Below are positions 33,928 through 42,551 of a stretch of DNA of 44,592 nt, piece by piece (the first letter of the stretch is position 1; every line of letters starts with the position of its first letter). A program made the translations under genes and the position numbers. The notes beneath the pieces are model-generated. The model saw only the letters and a program-made list of their open reading frames with translations. It searched no databases and was not told the origin of the DNA. Source of the stretch: Treponema sp. (GTDB lineage Bacteria; Spirochaetota; Spirochaetia; Treponematales; Breznakiellaceae); assembly GCA_009780285.1 (NCBI GenBank), contig WRAL01000001.1:1-44592 (forward strand). Reading direction: 5' to 3'.

Positions 33928-34643
33928 TTTCCCCTCCCTCCGTTTCTTAGTTCGTGAAAGTTTTTTATGAACTCCACGCAAAGCCTGTACTCGGCTATTT
34001 CCGCGTCGCTAAGTCCTTCCTTGAGAGCGAGCGCCGCTCCTTCCTCTCCCAGCCATGCGCCAAAGCCCATTTTCGCGCAGCCTATTTCTACTTTGCCCTC
34101 GGAACAGTAATTGACGGGAAAGGGCCATCCATCGATGCGAATGCTCGCCGGCCTTTCGCCGGGGCCTACCGCGCCGTCAGCTCCAATTAAGGAAAGTGGC
34201 CTTACAAGCGCTTTCTCCCCGATTTTGGCGCAGGCGCCGATAAGAGACTTCGACCCCACAATCGCGCCGTCTCCGATTGAGGCCTCGGCAGTGATAATGG
34301 CGCGATCGCAAACAACCGCATTCCTTCCGACGATTGCGTTTGCGCCTATGTAAGCGCCTAAACAGACGTACGCGCCGCTACCAATGCGCGCGCCGAACGA
34401 TACGCGAGCGCTCTCTTCGACGATAGAACGCGATTCCATCTCGGCTCCCTCGCCGACATGCGCGAAATTGCCTACGAGCGCGCCGTCGCCCAAGATCGCG
34501 CCGTCGCCGATGCGGACTCCCTCGCCTAGTTCCGCGTCCTCGCCAATCTTGATTCCCCGCGCCGCCAGCGCCTCGGCAAAGGCAGCCTTGTCTTGCGGAT
34601 CGCGCGCCTTCCATCCGCCGTCGCCGTCCGTCAAATAAACCAT
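33924..34643 (-). CDS. Hexapeptide-repeat (left-handed beta-helix) protein
   Basis: Many [IV]GxxAx repeats, then IGC C-terminal domain. Confidence 0.85.
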   Translation of the reverse strand: MVYLTDGDGGWKARDPQDKAAFAEALAARGIKIGEDAELGEGVRIGDGAILGDGALVGNFAHVGEGAEMESRSIVEESARVSFGARIGSGAYVCLGAYIGANAIVGRNAVVCDRAIITAEASIGDGAIVGSKSLIGACAKIGEKALVRPLSLIGADGAVGPGERPASIRIDGWPFPVNYCSEGKVEIGCAKMGFGAWLGEEGAALALKEGLSDAEIAEYRLCVEFIKNFHELRNGGRGK

Positions 34644-34655
34644 TCCCTTGCCCCC

Positions 34656-35519
34656 TTACTCCGCCGCCGCGAGCGCGGCCAGCGCCTCGCCCGCCGATTC
34701 CCTCGGGCGTCCAAGCCGCGCGGCAAGCCTCTTGGCCCTTTCGAACCTTCCCCGCAGATGCGGGTACCTTTCCAAAAACCGCTCGTCGCCGCTCCCGTGC
34801 AGCTCCTCATGCTCCTCGCTTGTAAGAGCGAGCCAGTTCCACGCCATGCCCTCGGCGGCCTTATTCCTTCCGCGCGGGACGATGTGATGCAGCGCCACGC
34901 CGCCCCCGCGCCCGCTGGCCTCGGAATAATGGCGAGCCTCGCGCCACTGAGCCTCGGTCAAAAGCTCCTCGCCCTTCGCGTCCGCGTAGTCGCAGGGGTC
35001 GGCTTCCAGCGAGCCTCGCCACGCGGCCCATTCCTGCAAAACCTCCTGCGCCGTGGCCTGGGCGTCCAGCGAAAGCCCGCATTCCTGCGCCAGGTGGCTC
35101 AAAAGCCCGTCGATCAGGCGGGATCCCTCGGCGCTGTTGGACTCCGAAATATGCGCCGGCCGCGTTCCCCCGCTTATTCGGTTCGGCGTTCTGTCCGCGT
35201 AGGCTTCCAGCAGGTCGAGGTACAGGCCGTATTTTTCCTCCTCGTCCGGAAGCCGGCCCTCCATGTTCTCGAAGATCGCCGTTACCAGCTTCCAGACCGT
35301 CGAGTTCTGGCGGAACGTGCGCCTCTGGTAGGGAAGCTCCAGCGTCGCCTGCGCCGCGAACTCCCTTCCGTTCCGTTTTTCCCACTCGTCCTTCTTCTCG
35401 AAGAAGCGCCGCAGCAGATCGGCGTCCTTGGGGCAGGTGGCCCGCAGCTCCGCGCCGCCCGCCCCGCGACCGCCGGAATCCAGCGCCGCTATCCTCACCG
35501 GAAGCCGTATCTTTCTCAT
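34656..35519 (-). CDS. NinB-like/putative HNHc nuclease
   Basis: RTFRQNS..WKL..., C-terminal LHHIVPRG...W..LAL..E.H..LH..G; ATG 35519. Confidence 0.65.
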   Translation of the reverse strand: MRKIRLPVRIAALDSGGRGAGGAELRATCPKDADLLRRFFEKKDEWEKRNGREFAAQATLELPYQRRTFRQNSTVWKLVTAIFENMEGRLPDEEEKYGLYLDLLEAYADRTPNRISGGTRPAHISESNSAEGSRLIDGLLSHLAQECGLSLDAQATAQEVLQEWAAWRGSLEADPCDYADAKGEELLTEAQWREARHYSEASGRGGGVALHHIVPRGRNKAAEGMAWNWLALTSEEHEELHGSGDERFLERYPHLRGRFERAKRLAARLGRPRESAGEALAALAAAE

Positions 35520-35526
35520 GCCCGCC

Positions 35527-36543
35527 TCAGTCCCACTCCGGCCCGGAATTGGCCTCGCGCCGCCTGTACTGCTCCTCCAGCGCGGCTTCCTCATCCGCGT
35601 CGAAAAGGCTTTCCCCCTCGCGCGGCTGCTCGGCCTCGGGAGCGGGCCTCGGCTCCGCGCTCGCGGACGCAGCGGCTTTCGCGGCCAGGTTCTCCCCGTG
35701 GCTTTGGGCCGCCGGCTCCGGCGCGTCCTCTTCCCTTGCATCCGCGGGCATCGCGTCCACGTAGTCCACGTTCTCCGCGTCGATGGGCTTTCGGAAGTCG
35801 CGGAGCACCGCCTGATCAATCGCCACCGCGCTGCGCATCTCCACCGAAAGAATCCCCCATTTTGAAAGAACGTTTTTAAGAACGGTCTTTGAGTACATGG
35901 CGTGGGGATCTTTTTTCCAAAGGCCATTGGAGTTACTGTAAGTCTTGGAAAAGCGCTCGCCGTGCGACTTGATTTTTCCTATTGGCCAGTAGTCCGTGCG
36001 CTCGAATCCGTTGAGCAGGCGAAAGAACGCCGCGTAGCCGACGATCTTTTCCTCGCGCTCCGCGTCCCTGTGCCCGCCTACGACCGGTCGTACCTTCAAG
36101 TCCCCGGTGATTATGTCGTAGGAATCGATCTCGTCCTCGTAGACGGGCGTAACGTTGATCGTCTTGTACTGCCCGGTTCGCAGCGCTAGCTGGATGAAGC
36201 CCTTGTACATAATCTGGAACTGCGCGACGCTGACCCATGCCTCCCCGCTTTTCGTTCTGTAAGGCACGAGCGCCGCGAATCCCAGGTTCGAGTCTATGGG
36301 CAGGTCGAGCGTCGCCGCCATCATAGCCGATGCCAGGATCGACGTCTGGTCGCACTTGGCCAGCTCCGGGTTCCTCTGAGTCGCGCTTAAAATCGACGCG
36401 ATGAAGGCCGGCGCCTTCGCCCCCAGCACCTCGGCGAAGCGCGCGCGCACGTAGTCCGAGTTGAGCGTGTCCTTCAGCCCCGGCGCGAGCGGGCGATCCG
36501 CCGGCCTGCCTTTCGCCGCCGCGTCCCTTCCGTCAGTTTTCAT
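35527..36543 (-). CDS. recT: RecT-family ssDNA annealing recombinase
   Basis: AATLDLPI..NLG.AALVPY, AQFQIMYKGFIQLALRTGQY, AM..KTV. Confidence 0.93.
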   Translation of the reverse strand: MKTDGRDAAAKGRPADRPLAPGLKDTLNSDYVRARFAEVLGAKAPAFIASILSATQRNPELAKCDQTSILASAMMAATLDLPIDSNLGFAALVPYRTKSGEAWVSVAQFQIMYKGFIQLALRTGQYKTINVTPVYEDEIDSYDIITGDLKVRPVVGGHRDAEREEKIVGYAAFFRLLNGFERTDYWPIGKIKSHGERFSKTYSNSNGLWKKDPHAMYSKTVLKNVLSKWGILSVEMRSAVAIDQAVLRDFRKPIDAENVDYVDAMPADAREEDAPEPAAQSHGENLAAKAAASASAEPRPAPEAEQPREGESLFDADEEAALEEQYRRREANSGPEWD

Positions 36544-36601
36544 AATCCTCTCCTTTCAAAGCATTCCTTCCATATGGAAAGAGCGACGCTCTCCCATTCA
36601 T

Positions 36602-36690
36602 GCGGGGGGCCAAGCCCCCCTCGCTCCAGCCGCGCGCGGGCGCGCGTCTTCCGCTACCCCCCGCGCGGGGCGCTGCCCCGCAACCCCGCC
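36602..36690. repeat. GC-rich palindromic dispersed repeat, copy 2 (intergenic)
   Basis: Aligns with 14378-14464. Confidence 0.85.
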
Positions 36691-37265
36691 TAGTCGCGCG
36701 GGGCCTTTTTCTTCCTTTCCGCGCGAAATATCGCCTCGTACAAGAGGCGCGCGGCCCGCGCGTCGTCCAGCGCCGAGTGCGCCTTTTCTTGAGGGATTCC
36801 CAGCGCCTTCGTCATGGTTCCCAATTTGAAGTCCCGCGTTTTTGGCAAAAGCCCTTTCGCGGCGGCCCTTTTCGCCAGCTCCAGCGCGCATATCAGCTTC
36901 CCGCTGAAAAAGTCGTCCATCGACGCGCCGTGCCTGAAAAGCAGCGAGCTTACCTGCGCGTAGTCGAAAGCCGCGTTGTAGCCGGCGAAGGCTATTTTTT
37001 CAGGCGGGCAATGCTTTCGCAAAAAGCCCGCGATCTCGGGCACGGCCTCGGCGGCGGCAGGGTAGGAGCGTATCGTCGCCTCGCTCACGCCGTGAACGAG
37101 CGCCGCGCTTTCGTGGTACAGAACCTCGCCGCCCAGCGGATTTAGCGCGAAGACGCGCTCCTCGGCCAAAGCGCCGTCGGAGTACACGAGAAAGGCGATC
37201 TCGAACGGCCCGGAGTCTCGGGGATCAAGCCCGGTGGTTTCCGTGTCAACGAATGCGACGGTCAT
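36690..37265 (-). CDS. DEDDh 3'-5' exonuclease (DnaQ-like)
   Basis: VDTETTG, GYNAAFD, AHSALDD. Confidence 0.92.
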   Translation of the reverse strand: MTVAFVDTETTGLDPRDSGPFEIAFLVYSDGALAEERVFALNPLGGEVLYHESAALVHGVSEATIRSYPAAAEAVPEIAGFLRKHCPPEKIAFAGYNAAFDYAQVSSLLFRHGASMDDFFSGKLICALELAKRAAAKGLLPKTRDFKLGTMTKALGIPQEKAHSALDDARAARLLYEAIFRAERKKKAPRD

Positions 37266-38548
37266 TTCGTCAGCGCCTCCCCCTCGCGAAGGTAGATAAC
37301 GCCGTCCTCAAGCTCCGCCGGGGACTCGGCCACGCGAAGCAGTATCACCAGAAAGCCGGCCTCCTCCGCCCAGCGCGAGATCGCGTCGGTCGTTTTTTTG
37401 TCCAGGCTTTCGGCGTTGTCCGCCACGAGCACCTTCATCTCGCCCGCGAACCTGGCGCCAAGGTCGAAGAACACGCGCACCGATTCCGCCGTGGACCAGT
37501 TCGACGTCTTGTTGCTCTTGGTAACGCCGCGCAGGATTCCCTTGTGGTAGAGCATCCCGTCGTCGCCGATCTCAAGGCCGGGAACGCCCAGGTCCATTTC
37601 CGACAAAACCTTCTTGCGCTCCCCGCGCAGGCCCTCGATCTCGGCGGTAAGCCCTGCGTACTTTTTGTCCAGCTCGTCGCGCTCCGCCTGCCGCGCCGAG
37701 TGCTCCTCCCAGGCCCGCGCCTTTTCCGCGAGGTCGTGCCGCGCGGCGAGGCGCGCGTCCAGCGCGTCGACGTCCGCCTGCGCGTAGGCTTTCCCGTCGA
37801 GGCCATCCCTTGTGGCGATGCTTTCCGTAACGTACCGAAACGCGTCGTCGCTTGCCTTTCGGAAGGCTTCAAGGCCGGCCATGTCCGCGAAAAAGCAGTC
37901 CTTGCGCAGGCTTTCGCTTGCCTCGGCGAACAGCCTTTGCCTCCACGCCAGATGCGCGCGCGCCTTTTCCCGCTCGGCCTTTATGTCGTCCGCCGGCGCC
38001 GGGCGCTCGGCCTTTTCCGGCGCCGCGCCCGGCTCGCCCAGCTTTTTTCTGTCGCGCCCGATCTCCGTGCGCAGCGTTTCCAGCCCGGAAAGCCGCATGT
38101 CGAGCGTCTTTAGCTTTTCCGTCGCGCCGGAGCGCTCCATGAGCGCCTCGGCGATCTCCGCGTCCGTGGAATCCCGCAGCGACCAGGGCTGCTCAAGCCC
38201 CGAGCAGAGCGAGTCGAGAAAGGCGCGGACGCCGCCGGAGACGTTGATGTGCCTGCGCAGCCCCTCGTCGTACTTCTGCGCCGTCTGCCTTACGGTCTTG
38301 GAAAGAATCGTGCGAACCTTCAGCCCGTCGTCCGTGATCGCGACGATCTCCGCCTCGTCCTCGCCCTTGGAGATCATCCCCGGCGTGAAGGCGCTTGGCC
38401 CGTTCATCGTGAGCGCTATCGCCTGCGCGACGGTGGACTTGCCGCTCATGTTCGCGCCCTCTATAACCTGCGTTCCGGGGCCGTGAAAAAAAACGCTCGC
38501 CTGCCGTATCTTGCGGCAGTTTGAAATGTGAAGCTCCTTTAACAGCAT
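37262..38548 (-). CDS. SMC/Rad50-like AAA ATPase
   Basis: Walker A GANMSGKST, coiled coil, WSTAE signature-like motif, Walker B LVADNAESLD. Confidence 0.85.
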   Translation of the reverse strand: MLLKELHISNCRKIRQASVFFHGPGTQVIEGANMSGKSTVAQAIALTMNGPSAFTPGMISKGEDEAEIVAITDDGLKVRTILSKTVRQTAQKYDEGLRRHINVSGGVRAFLDSLCSGLEQPWSLRDSTDAEIAEALMERSGATEKLKTLDMRLSGLETLRTEIGRDRKKLGEPGAAPEKAERPAPADDIKAEREKARAHLAWRQRLFAEASESLRKDCFFADMAGLEAFRKASDDAFRYVTESIATRDGLDGKAYAQADVDALDARLAARHDLAEKARAWEEHSARQAERDELDKKYAGLTAEIEGLRGERKKVLSEMDLGVPGLEIGDDGMLYHKGILRGVTKSNKTSNWSTAESVRVFFDLGARFAGEMKVLVADNAESLDKKTTDAISRWAEEAGFLVILLRVAESPAELEDGVIYLREGEALTK

Positions 38549-39564
38549 TACGCGGCCCCCTTCTTTTCCGATACCGTCATGCGCGAGCATTCGTCGGTCT
38601 TTGAGTAGCGCTCGTAAAGGCCGTCCTTTTTAAGCGCGTCCAAGTCCGCCGATCTCTTGGCGAAGGTCGTCCACGACACCGAGTACCCGCCGCCGGAGGC
38701 CGAGAGTTTTTTCTCTTTCCCGCCCGACGTCCTGGCGCAGAGCGCCGCTTTCAGGTTCGTGCCGGCCGCGCTCTTTAGCGTTTCCAGTTCCTTTATTCGG
38801 TCGCTTGCGTCCCTGTACTCGCGGCACAGCGCGATCTCTTCCTCGGTCATGATCGCCGGCGCGTCCGCGCCCTCGAAAATGCCGGTTATCATCTCCTCCT
38901 CGCTCTCGATCCCGACGGCGGCCGGCATTGAGTCTTTAAGGATGTTGTTTTCCCAAAAATCCTTTTCGATGGCCGCGAGCCTCGCGATGAATTCGTCGTT
39001 TCGCCTGATCGCGTAGTGGCGCAGGCTGTCGTCCTCTAGCACGTAGACGGAAACGAGGAACCACGGAAGGCCGGCGACGCTCATGTAGTGCTGAACCTGG
39101 CAGTAGTGCGCGTCCGGTATTTCGTCCTCGCCCCATCCGTGGCCGGCCTTCGAGGTTTTGATCTCGTGTCCGCCCAAGCCTTCGATTGTCTCGCCGCGAA
39201 TCTCGACGGGGGCCTTGGCCAGAATCGCGCCGTCAAGGTTGGCCGACATGTGCCGGCGATCCGGATCGTAAAGGATGGCCGGAACCTCGGCGATCTCAAG
39301 GCCGGGGAAGTCCCTGCGCGTTTCCTCGCGGATGATCGGCTCAAGCAGGTTTCCCCTGCGCATGGCGCTGTTTTCTTCTTTTTTCGGGGCGAGGCCCTTC
39401 TTTTCCATGTAGACCGTCAGGGGGCTGGCGAAGTCGTTCATTCCCATCAAGGCACCGGCGTCCGAGCCGCCAATCGAGCCCCTGCGCTTTTCCAGCCACT
39501 CGTCCCTGCCCACGCCGTCCAACAGGACGTGCGGGCAACGTTCTAAAATCCCGTCGTAAATCAT
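38548..39564 (-). CDS. YqaJ-like viral recombinase exonuclease
   Basis: WLEKRRGSIGGSD, G..LEP, ANLDG, EIKT, Y.CQVQHY. Confidence 0.93.
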   Translation of the reverse strand: MIYDGILERCPHVLLDGVGRDEWLEKRRGSIGGSDAGALMGMNDFASPLTVYMEKKGLAPKKEENSAMRRGNLLEPIIREETRRDFPGLEIAEVPAILYDPDRRHMSANLDGAILAKAPVEIRGETIEGLGGHEIKTSKAGHGWGEDEIPDAHYCQVQHYMSVAGLPWFLVSVYVLEDDSLRHYAIRRNDEFIARLAAIEKDFWENNILKDSMPAAVGIESEEEMITGIFEGADAPAIMTEEEIALCREYRDASDRIKELETLKSAAGTNLKAALCARTSGGKEKKLSASGGGYSVSWTTFAKRSADLDALKKDGLYERYSKTDECSRMTVSEKKGAA

Positions 39565-39641
39565 GCGTTCCTCCGTTTGTTTTTTTTCGAATTCTGCAAG
39601 CACACCATCCGCTCCCCCTTGCCGGCCTCGGCCGGAATGAT

Positions 39642-39760
39642 AAAAAAGGAGGCCAAGACTCCGAGTTCCCGAACGTCAGATACAGGGGCCTGACGCCCGG
39701 CTCGAAATCTCAGCCTCCGCTGAAAAGTCACGTTTTCCCTTGCCCCTGTAACAAGGTTTG
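39642..39760 (-). ncRNA. Structured leader/attenuator, copy 1
   Basis: AACCTTG hairpin (TACAGGGGC) and long terminator hairpin whose loop is GCCCCTGTA, then T6. Confidence 0.6.
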
Positions 39761-39823
39761 TATAAATAGTCTCATACAGGACTATTTATATCTAATTATC
39801 ATCTTATACACGACTATTGCCAA
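39761..39823 (-). promoter_or_regulatory. Promoter and operator dyad
   Basis: TTGGCA-17 nt-GATAAT (39823-39795); inverted repeat TATAAATAGTC-8 nt-GACTATTTATA at 39761-39790. Confidence 0.65.
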
Positions 39824-39869
39824 GCCCTTTTCGTCGCAAATAAGATATTTTTTTGCCGATAATGTTCTT

Positions 39870-40154
39870 ATGGGCGACCCGGCCGTTCCGTTTTGGGAAC
39901 GAGTGAACCAACTCATAAAAACCCGAAAAACCACCCAGGAGGACTTGGCAAAAAGCCTCGGCATCCCTTTTGGCACTTACAGGGGGTGGAACGCCTACAG
40001 GCGCCTCCCCGACGTTTTATCCGGCCTCCTCATCGCCCGCGCCCTCGGCACGACCGTCGAGCACCTTGTTACCGGCGAGGAGCCCGGCAAGCCGGACGTG
40101 GCCGACGCCATCAGGCACCTGGATACGGCCAGGGACCTCCTCCAAAAGCTCTGA
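39870..40154 (+). CDS. XRE-family HTH regulator
   Basis: TQEDLAKSLGIPFGTYRGW...P...IARALGTTVEHLVTG. Confidence 0.88.
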   Translation: MGDPAVPFWERVNQLIKTRKTTQEDLAKSLGIPFGTYRGWNAYRRLPDVLSGLLIARALGTTVEHLVTGEEPGKPDVADAIRHLDTARDLLQKL

Positions 40155-40183
40155 CCCGCCTCTTTCTCTTTCCTCCTCAGAAT

Positions 40184-40275
40184 AAAAAGCCGCCAGATGG
40201 CCGTCGGCGAGGTAAGCGCCTTGGGCCGCTTCACGGCTCTTTTTGCCCTTGCCCTCTTACCTAAAGCAAGGTTCG
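40184..40275 (-). ncRNA. Structured leader/sRNA, copy 2
   Basis: AACCTTG hairpin (loop AGGTAAG) and terminator hairpin with loop CTTACCT, then T5. Confidence 0.6.
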
Positions 40276-40281
40276 TTTTCA

Positions 40282-40339
40282 GATTGGCAATATTGCCAAT
40301 CCATATTTTTATAATAGCGCATATATCCAATTATGTCAA
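40282..40339 (-). promoter_or_regulatory. Promoter and perfect palindromic operator
   Basis: TTGACA-17 nt-TATTAT (40339-40311); GATTGGCAATATTGCCAATC at 40282-40301. Confidence 0.75.
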
Positions 40340-40396
40340 TAGCAAATTGGCAATATGCTCAATTTTTTTTCCTGATATCAGCCGACAATTGGGCAT

Positions 40397-40669
40397 ATGG
40401 TCTTTTACGATACCGTCAAGGCTCTGGTAAAGCAAAACACTCATCTAACCCTCCAAGCCTTCGTCCAGTCACTGGGGCTGAATTACGGCACCTATCACGG
40501 CCAGCGGAAATCGGGCAACCTTCCCCGCGCCGACGAGGCCCTCCTCATCGCCCAGGCCCTGGGAACCACCGTCGAGCACCTCGTTACCGGCGCTCCCCCC
40601 GATGCGTCGTCCTCGGACAAGGCCCTGGACGACATGCAGGCCGTCATCGACCGCCACAGGAACCGCTAG
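40397..40669 (+). CDS. XRE-family HTH regulator (paralog of 39870..40154)
   Basis: LPRADEALLIAQALGTTVEHLVTG. Confidence 0.85.
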   Translation: MVFYDTVKALVKQNTHLTLQAFVQSLGLNYGTYHGQRKSGNLPRADEALLIAQALGTTVEHLVTGAPPDASSSDKALDDMQAVIDRHRNR

Positions 40670-40952
40670 CGCCTCCTTCGCCGTAGCCAATCCCTTCATA
40701 CGATTGCGCCGTTTCGGCACCTGCAATCTCAGATTGCAGGTTGGCCAAAGTCCCGCTCGAAACCGATGTTTTCATGCTTTCCAGAACCGCCGTCATCTGC
40801 GCCTCGGTAAGATAGGTGGTAAGGCCGTTTTTCATGAGCTCCGGGAAAAGCTCCCTGACGTGGCCCTTTATCGTCTCGGGATTGCATCCGAGCGCCTCGG
40901 CCGCTTCCCTCACCGTCATCCTCATGTCCCTGATCTTCGCCACGCCGCTCAT
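40644..40952 (-). CDS. HTH protein resembling an antirepressor N-terminus, probably truncated
   Basis: MTVREAAEALG...YLTEAQMTAVLESMK; homologous to 41991..42312. Confidence 0.55.
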   Translation of the reverse strand: MSGVAKIRDMRMTVREAAEALGCNPETIKGHVRELFPELMKNGLTTYLTEAQMTAVLESMKTSVSSGTLANLQSEIAGAETAQSYEGIGYGEGGASGSCGGR

Positions 40953-41109
40953 TCCCACCTCCTTGGCAGCCCGCCGCCCTTCGGCAGCCGCAAAAGGCAC
41001 GGACGTTTCGGCTCGGGCTCTTTGCCCCCCTGCTCCGCCTCTTTTCTTCCTTTAATCCCGCCTTTCGGCTCCGGCCGCCTCGGCTTTCCGGTCGCTTTTC
41101 CTCGTTCCC

Positions 41110-41460
41110 TCATATAATCCCCGCCTCCCTTAGCTGCCGCTCGAGGCTTTCGGTCGAATTCACCACGATCCCCAGGCCGCCCTGCCGGTTCACCGTCTCA
41201 AGAAAGGCCGCCTGCTCCGCCGAGAGCCTTCCGCCCCGCTCGCGCTTGCACTCGACGAAGATCGCCCGGCCCTCCGGGCCAAGCGCTATCACGTCCGCCA
41301 TGCCCTTCGCGCCGAAGCGCACGTGCCGGCCGCCCGGCGTCTCCAGCGCGCCTGAGTTCACCCGCCAGCGCAGGAAGCCGCGAGCCTTGAGCCAGTCCAT
41401 CACGGCCCGCAGCACCTCGCGTTCCGGCGCGCCCTTGCCGGCCCTCATTCCGCTTGCCAT
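41110..41460 (-). CDS. VRR-NUC domain nuclease
   Basis: GMADV...FVECK...GRLSAEQ..F. Confidence 0.9.
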   Translation of the reverse strand: MASGMRAGKGAPEREVLRAVMDWLKARGFLRWRVNSGALETPGGRHVRFGAKGMADVIALGPEGRAIFVECKRERGGRLSAEQAAFLETVNRQGGLGIVVNSTESLERQLREAGII

Positions 41461-41499
41461 TTTCCCCTCCTATGTCCTTTTCGCATTTTCTTTTACATA

Positions 41500-41537
41500 A
41501 ATTGGCTTGTCTAATTGGCTTGTCTAATTGGCTTGTC
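41500..41537. repeat. Three tandem 13-bp repeats
   Basis: AATTGGCTTGTCT x2 plus AATTGGCTTGTC. Confidence 0.95.
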
Positions 41538-41589
41538 GCGGAGGGCAAGGCGGGCAGCCGAGAATCCCTCCGCGTCCTGAAACGGCGAT

Positions 41590-41922
41590 CTATCTCATGG
41601 GCAGCCCCCTTCTTTTCACCGCGCTCTCGACCATCGTCTTTATGTAGGCCATGTCGCTCGCGTGGCGCTCGTCCAGCCGCCTCAGCAGCTCCTCCGCGTC
41701 GGAGGGCCGCAGGCGGACGTTGCCGTCGCCGAACTTGGACAGGAACAGGTAGTCGTCGACGTCGGCGGAATCGAAGCGCACCCCCGAGCGCACCCTGTGG
41801 CTCGGAAGCTCCTGCGCGGACGCCATGTTGTAGACGAGCTTGGCGCTGACTCGCAGCTTCCGGGCCACCTCCGCCGGCTTCAAAAGCTCCCCGCGTATCG
41901 CGGGCGCGGTTTTTCCGGTCAT
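41590..41922 (-). CDS. Excisionase-like HTH_17 DNA-binding protein
   Basis: LLKPAEVARKLRVSAKLVYNM...ELPSHRV...VRF...DVDDYL. Confidence 0.8.
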   Translation of the reverse strand: MTGKTAPAIRGELLKPAEVARKLRVSAKLVYNMASAQELPSHRVRSGVRFDSADVDDYLFLSKFGDGNVRLRPSDAEELLRRLDERHASDMAYIKTMVESAVKRRGLPMR

Positions 41923-41990
41923 TTTTCCCTCCTTCGCCGTTCTCGGCCATAGCTTCGCCCTTCCCTCTTGCGAGGGCTTTTTTTCCCGTC

Positions 41991-42312
41991 CTAAAAGGCA
42001 AGCGCGGGGCGGGCCGCCGAAACTTGCTCCGCCGCGCCTTCTCGCCTAACAAATTGAGCGGTTTCTGTACCTTGCATAACGTTGAGCAAGGTTCCCCCGT
42101 CCTCCTTCTTGTGGAAAGAGCCGCCCGTTTCCCTGGACTTCATAGCCTCCAGGATTACCGTGACCTGCGCTCGGTAAGAAGCGTTTCCTTGCCGTTCTCC
42201 GTCCAGCCCGCTTTCTGGGCATAGGCCGCCACCGTGCGGTACGCCGCGCCCGTCGCCTCGGCCACTTCCTTCAGCGTCATCCGCCTGTCCCCGCTCCTCG
42301 CAACTCGTTCAT
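41991..42312 (-). pseudogene. Frameshifted HTH/antirepressor-like gene
   Basis: AAGGAGG-ATG 42312; adding one G at two places gives MNELARSGDRRMTLKEVAEATG...LLTEAQVTVILEAMK...GTETAQ. Confidence 0.6.
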
Positions 42313-42325
42313 TCGTGCCTCCTTC

Positions 42326-42435
42326 AAAAAAAGGGCATCTAAAGCCTTCCGCGCCACCACGCTTCCGGCTATAGATGCCCTCTTTCTTCCTTCCGGCCCC
42401 GTGGTGGCGGGGTTCGGCTAACGCGGCAAGGTTTC
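42326..42435 (-). ncRNA. Structured leader/attenuator, copy 3
   Basis: AACCTTG, hairpin containing CGCCACCACG, terminator hairpin with CGTGGTGGCG in the loop region, T7, RBS. Confidence 0.6.
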
Positions 42436-42459
42436 CCTTCCCATGTCGAATATACTTTG

Positions 42460-42488
42460 ATTATAGTCTAAGTTATCTTGCGTGTCAA
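42460..42488 (-). promoter_or_regulatory. Consensus sigma70 promoter divergent from the repressor
   Basis: TTGACA-17 nt-TATAAT. Confidence 0.85.
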
Positions 42489-42551
42489 GCCCAAATCAAA
42501 AAAAATTAAATTCTTCTTAGGCCCGCTGGGATCACGCCCGATAATGGAAGC

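Noticed and set aside
39995-40330. 111-aa minus-strand ORF as a Cro-like gene
   Set aside because: Starts inside the promoter, crosses the operator and RNA structure, overlaps the XRE gene, and has no HTH
41500-41537. CRISPR array
   Set aside because: Repeats are contiguous with no spacers; no repeat-spacer array or cas gene seen anywhere in the window
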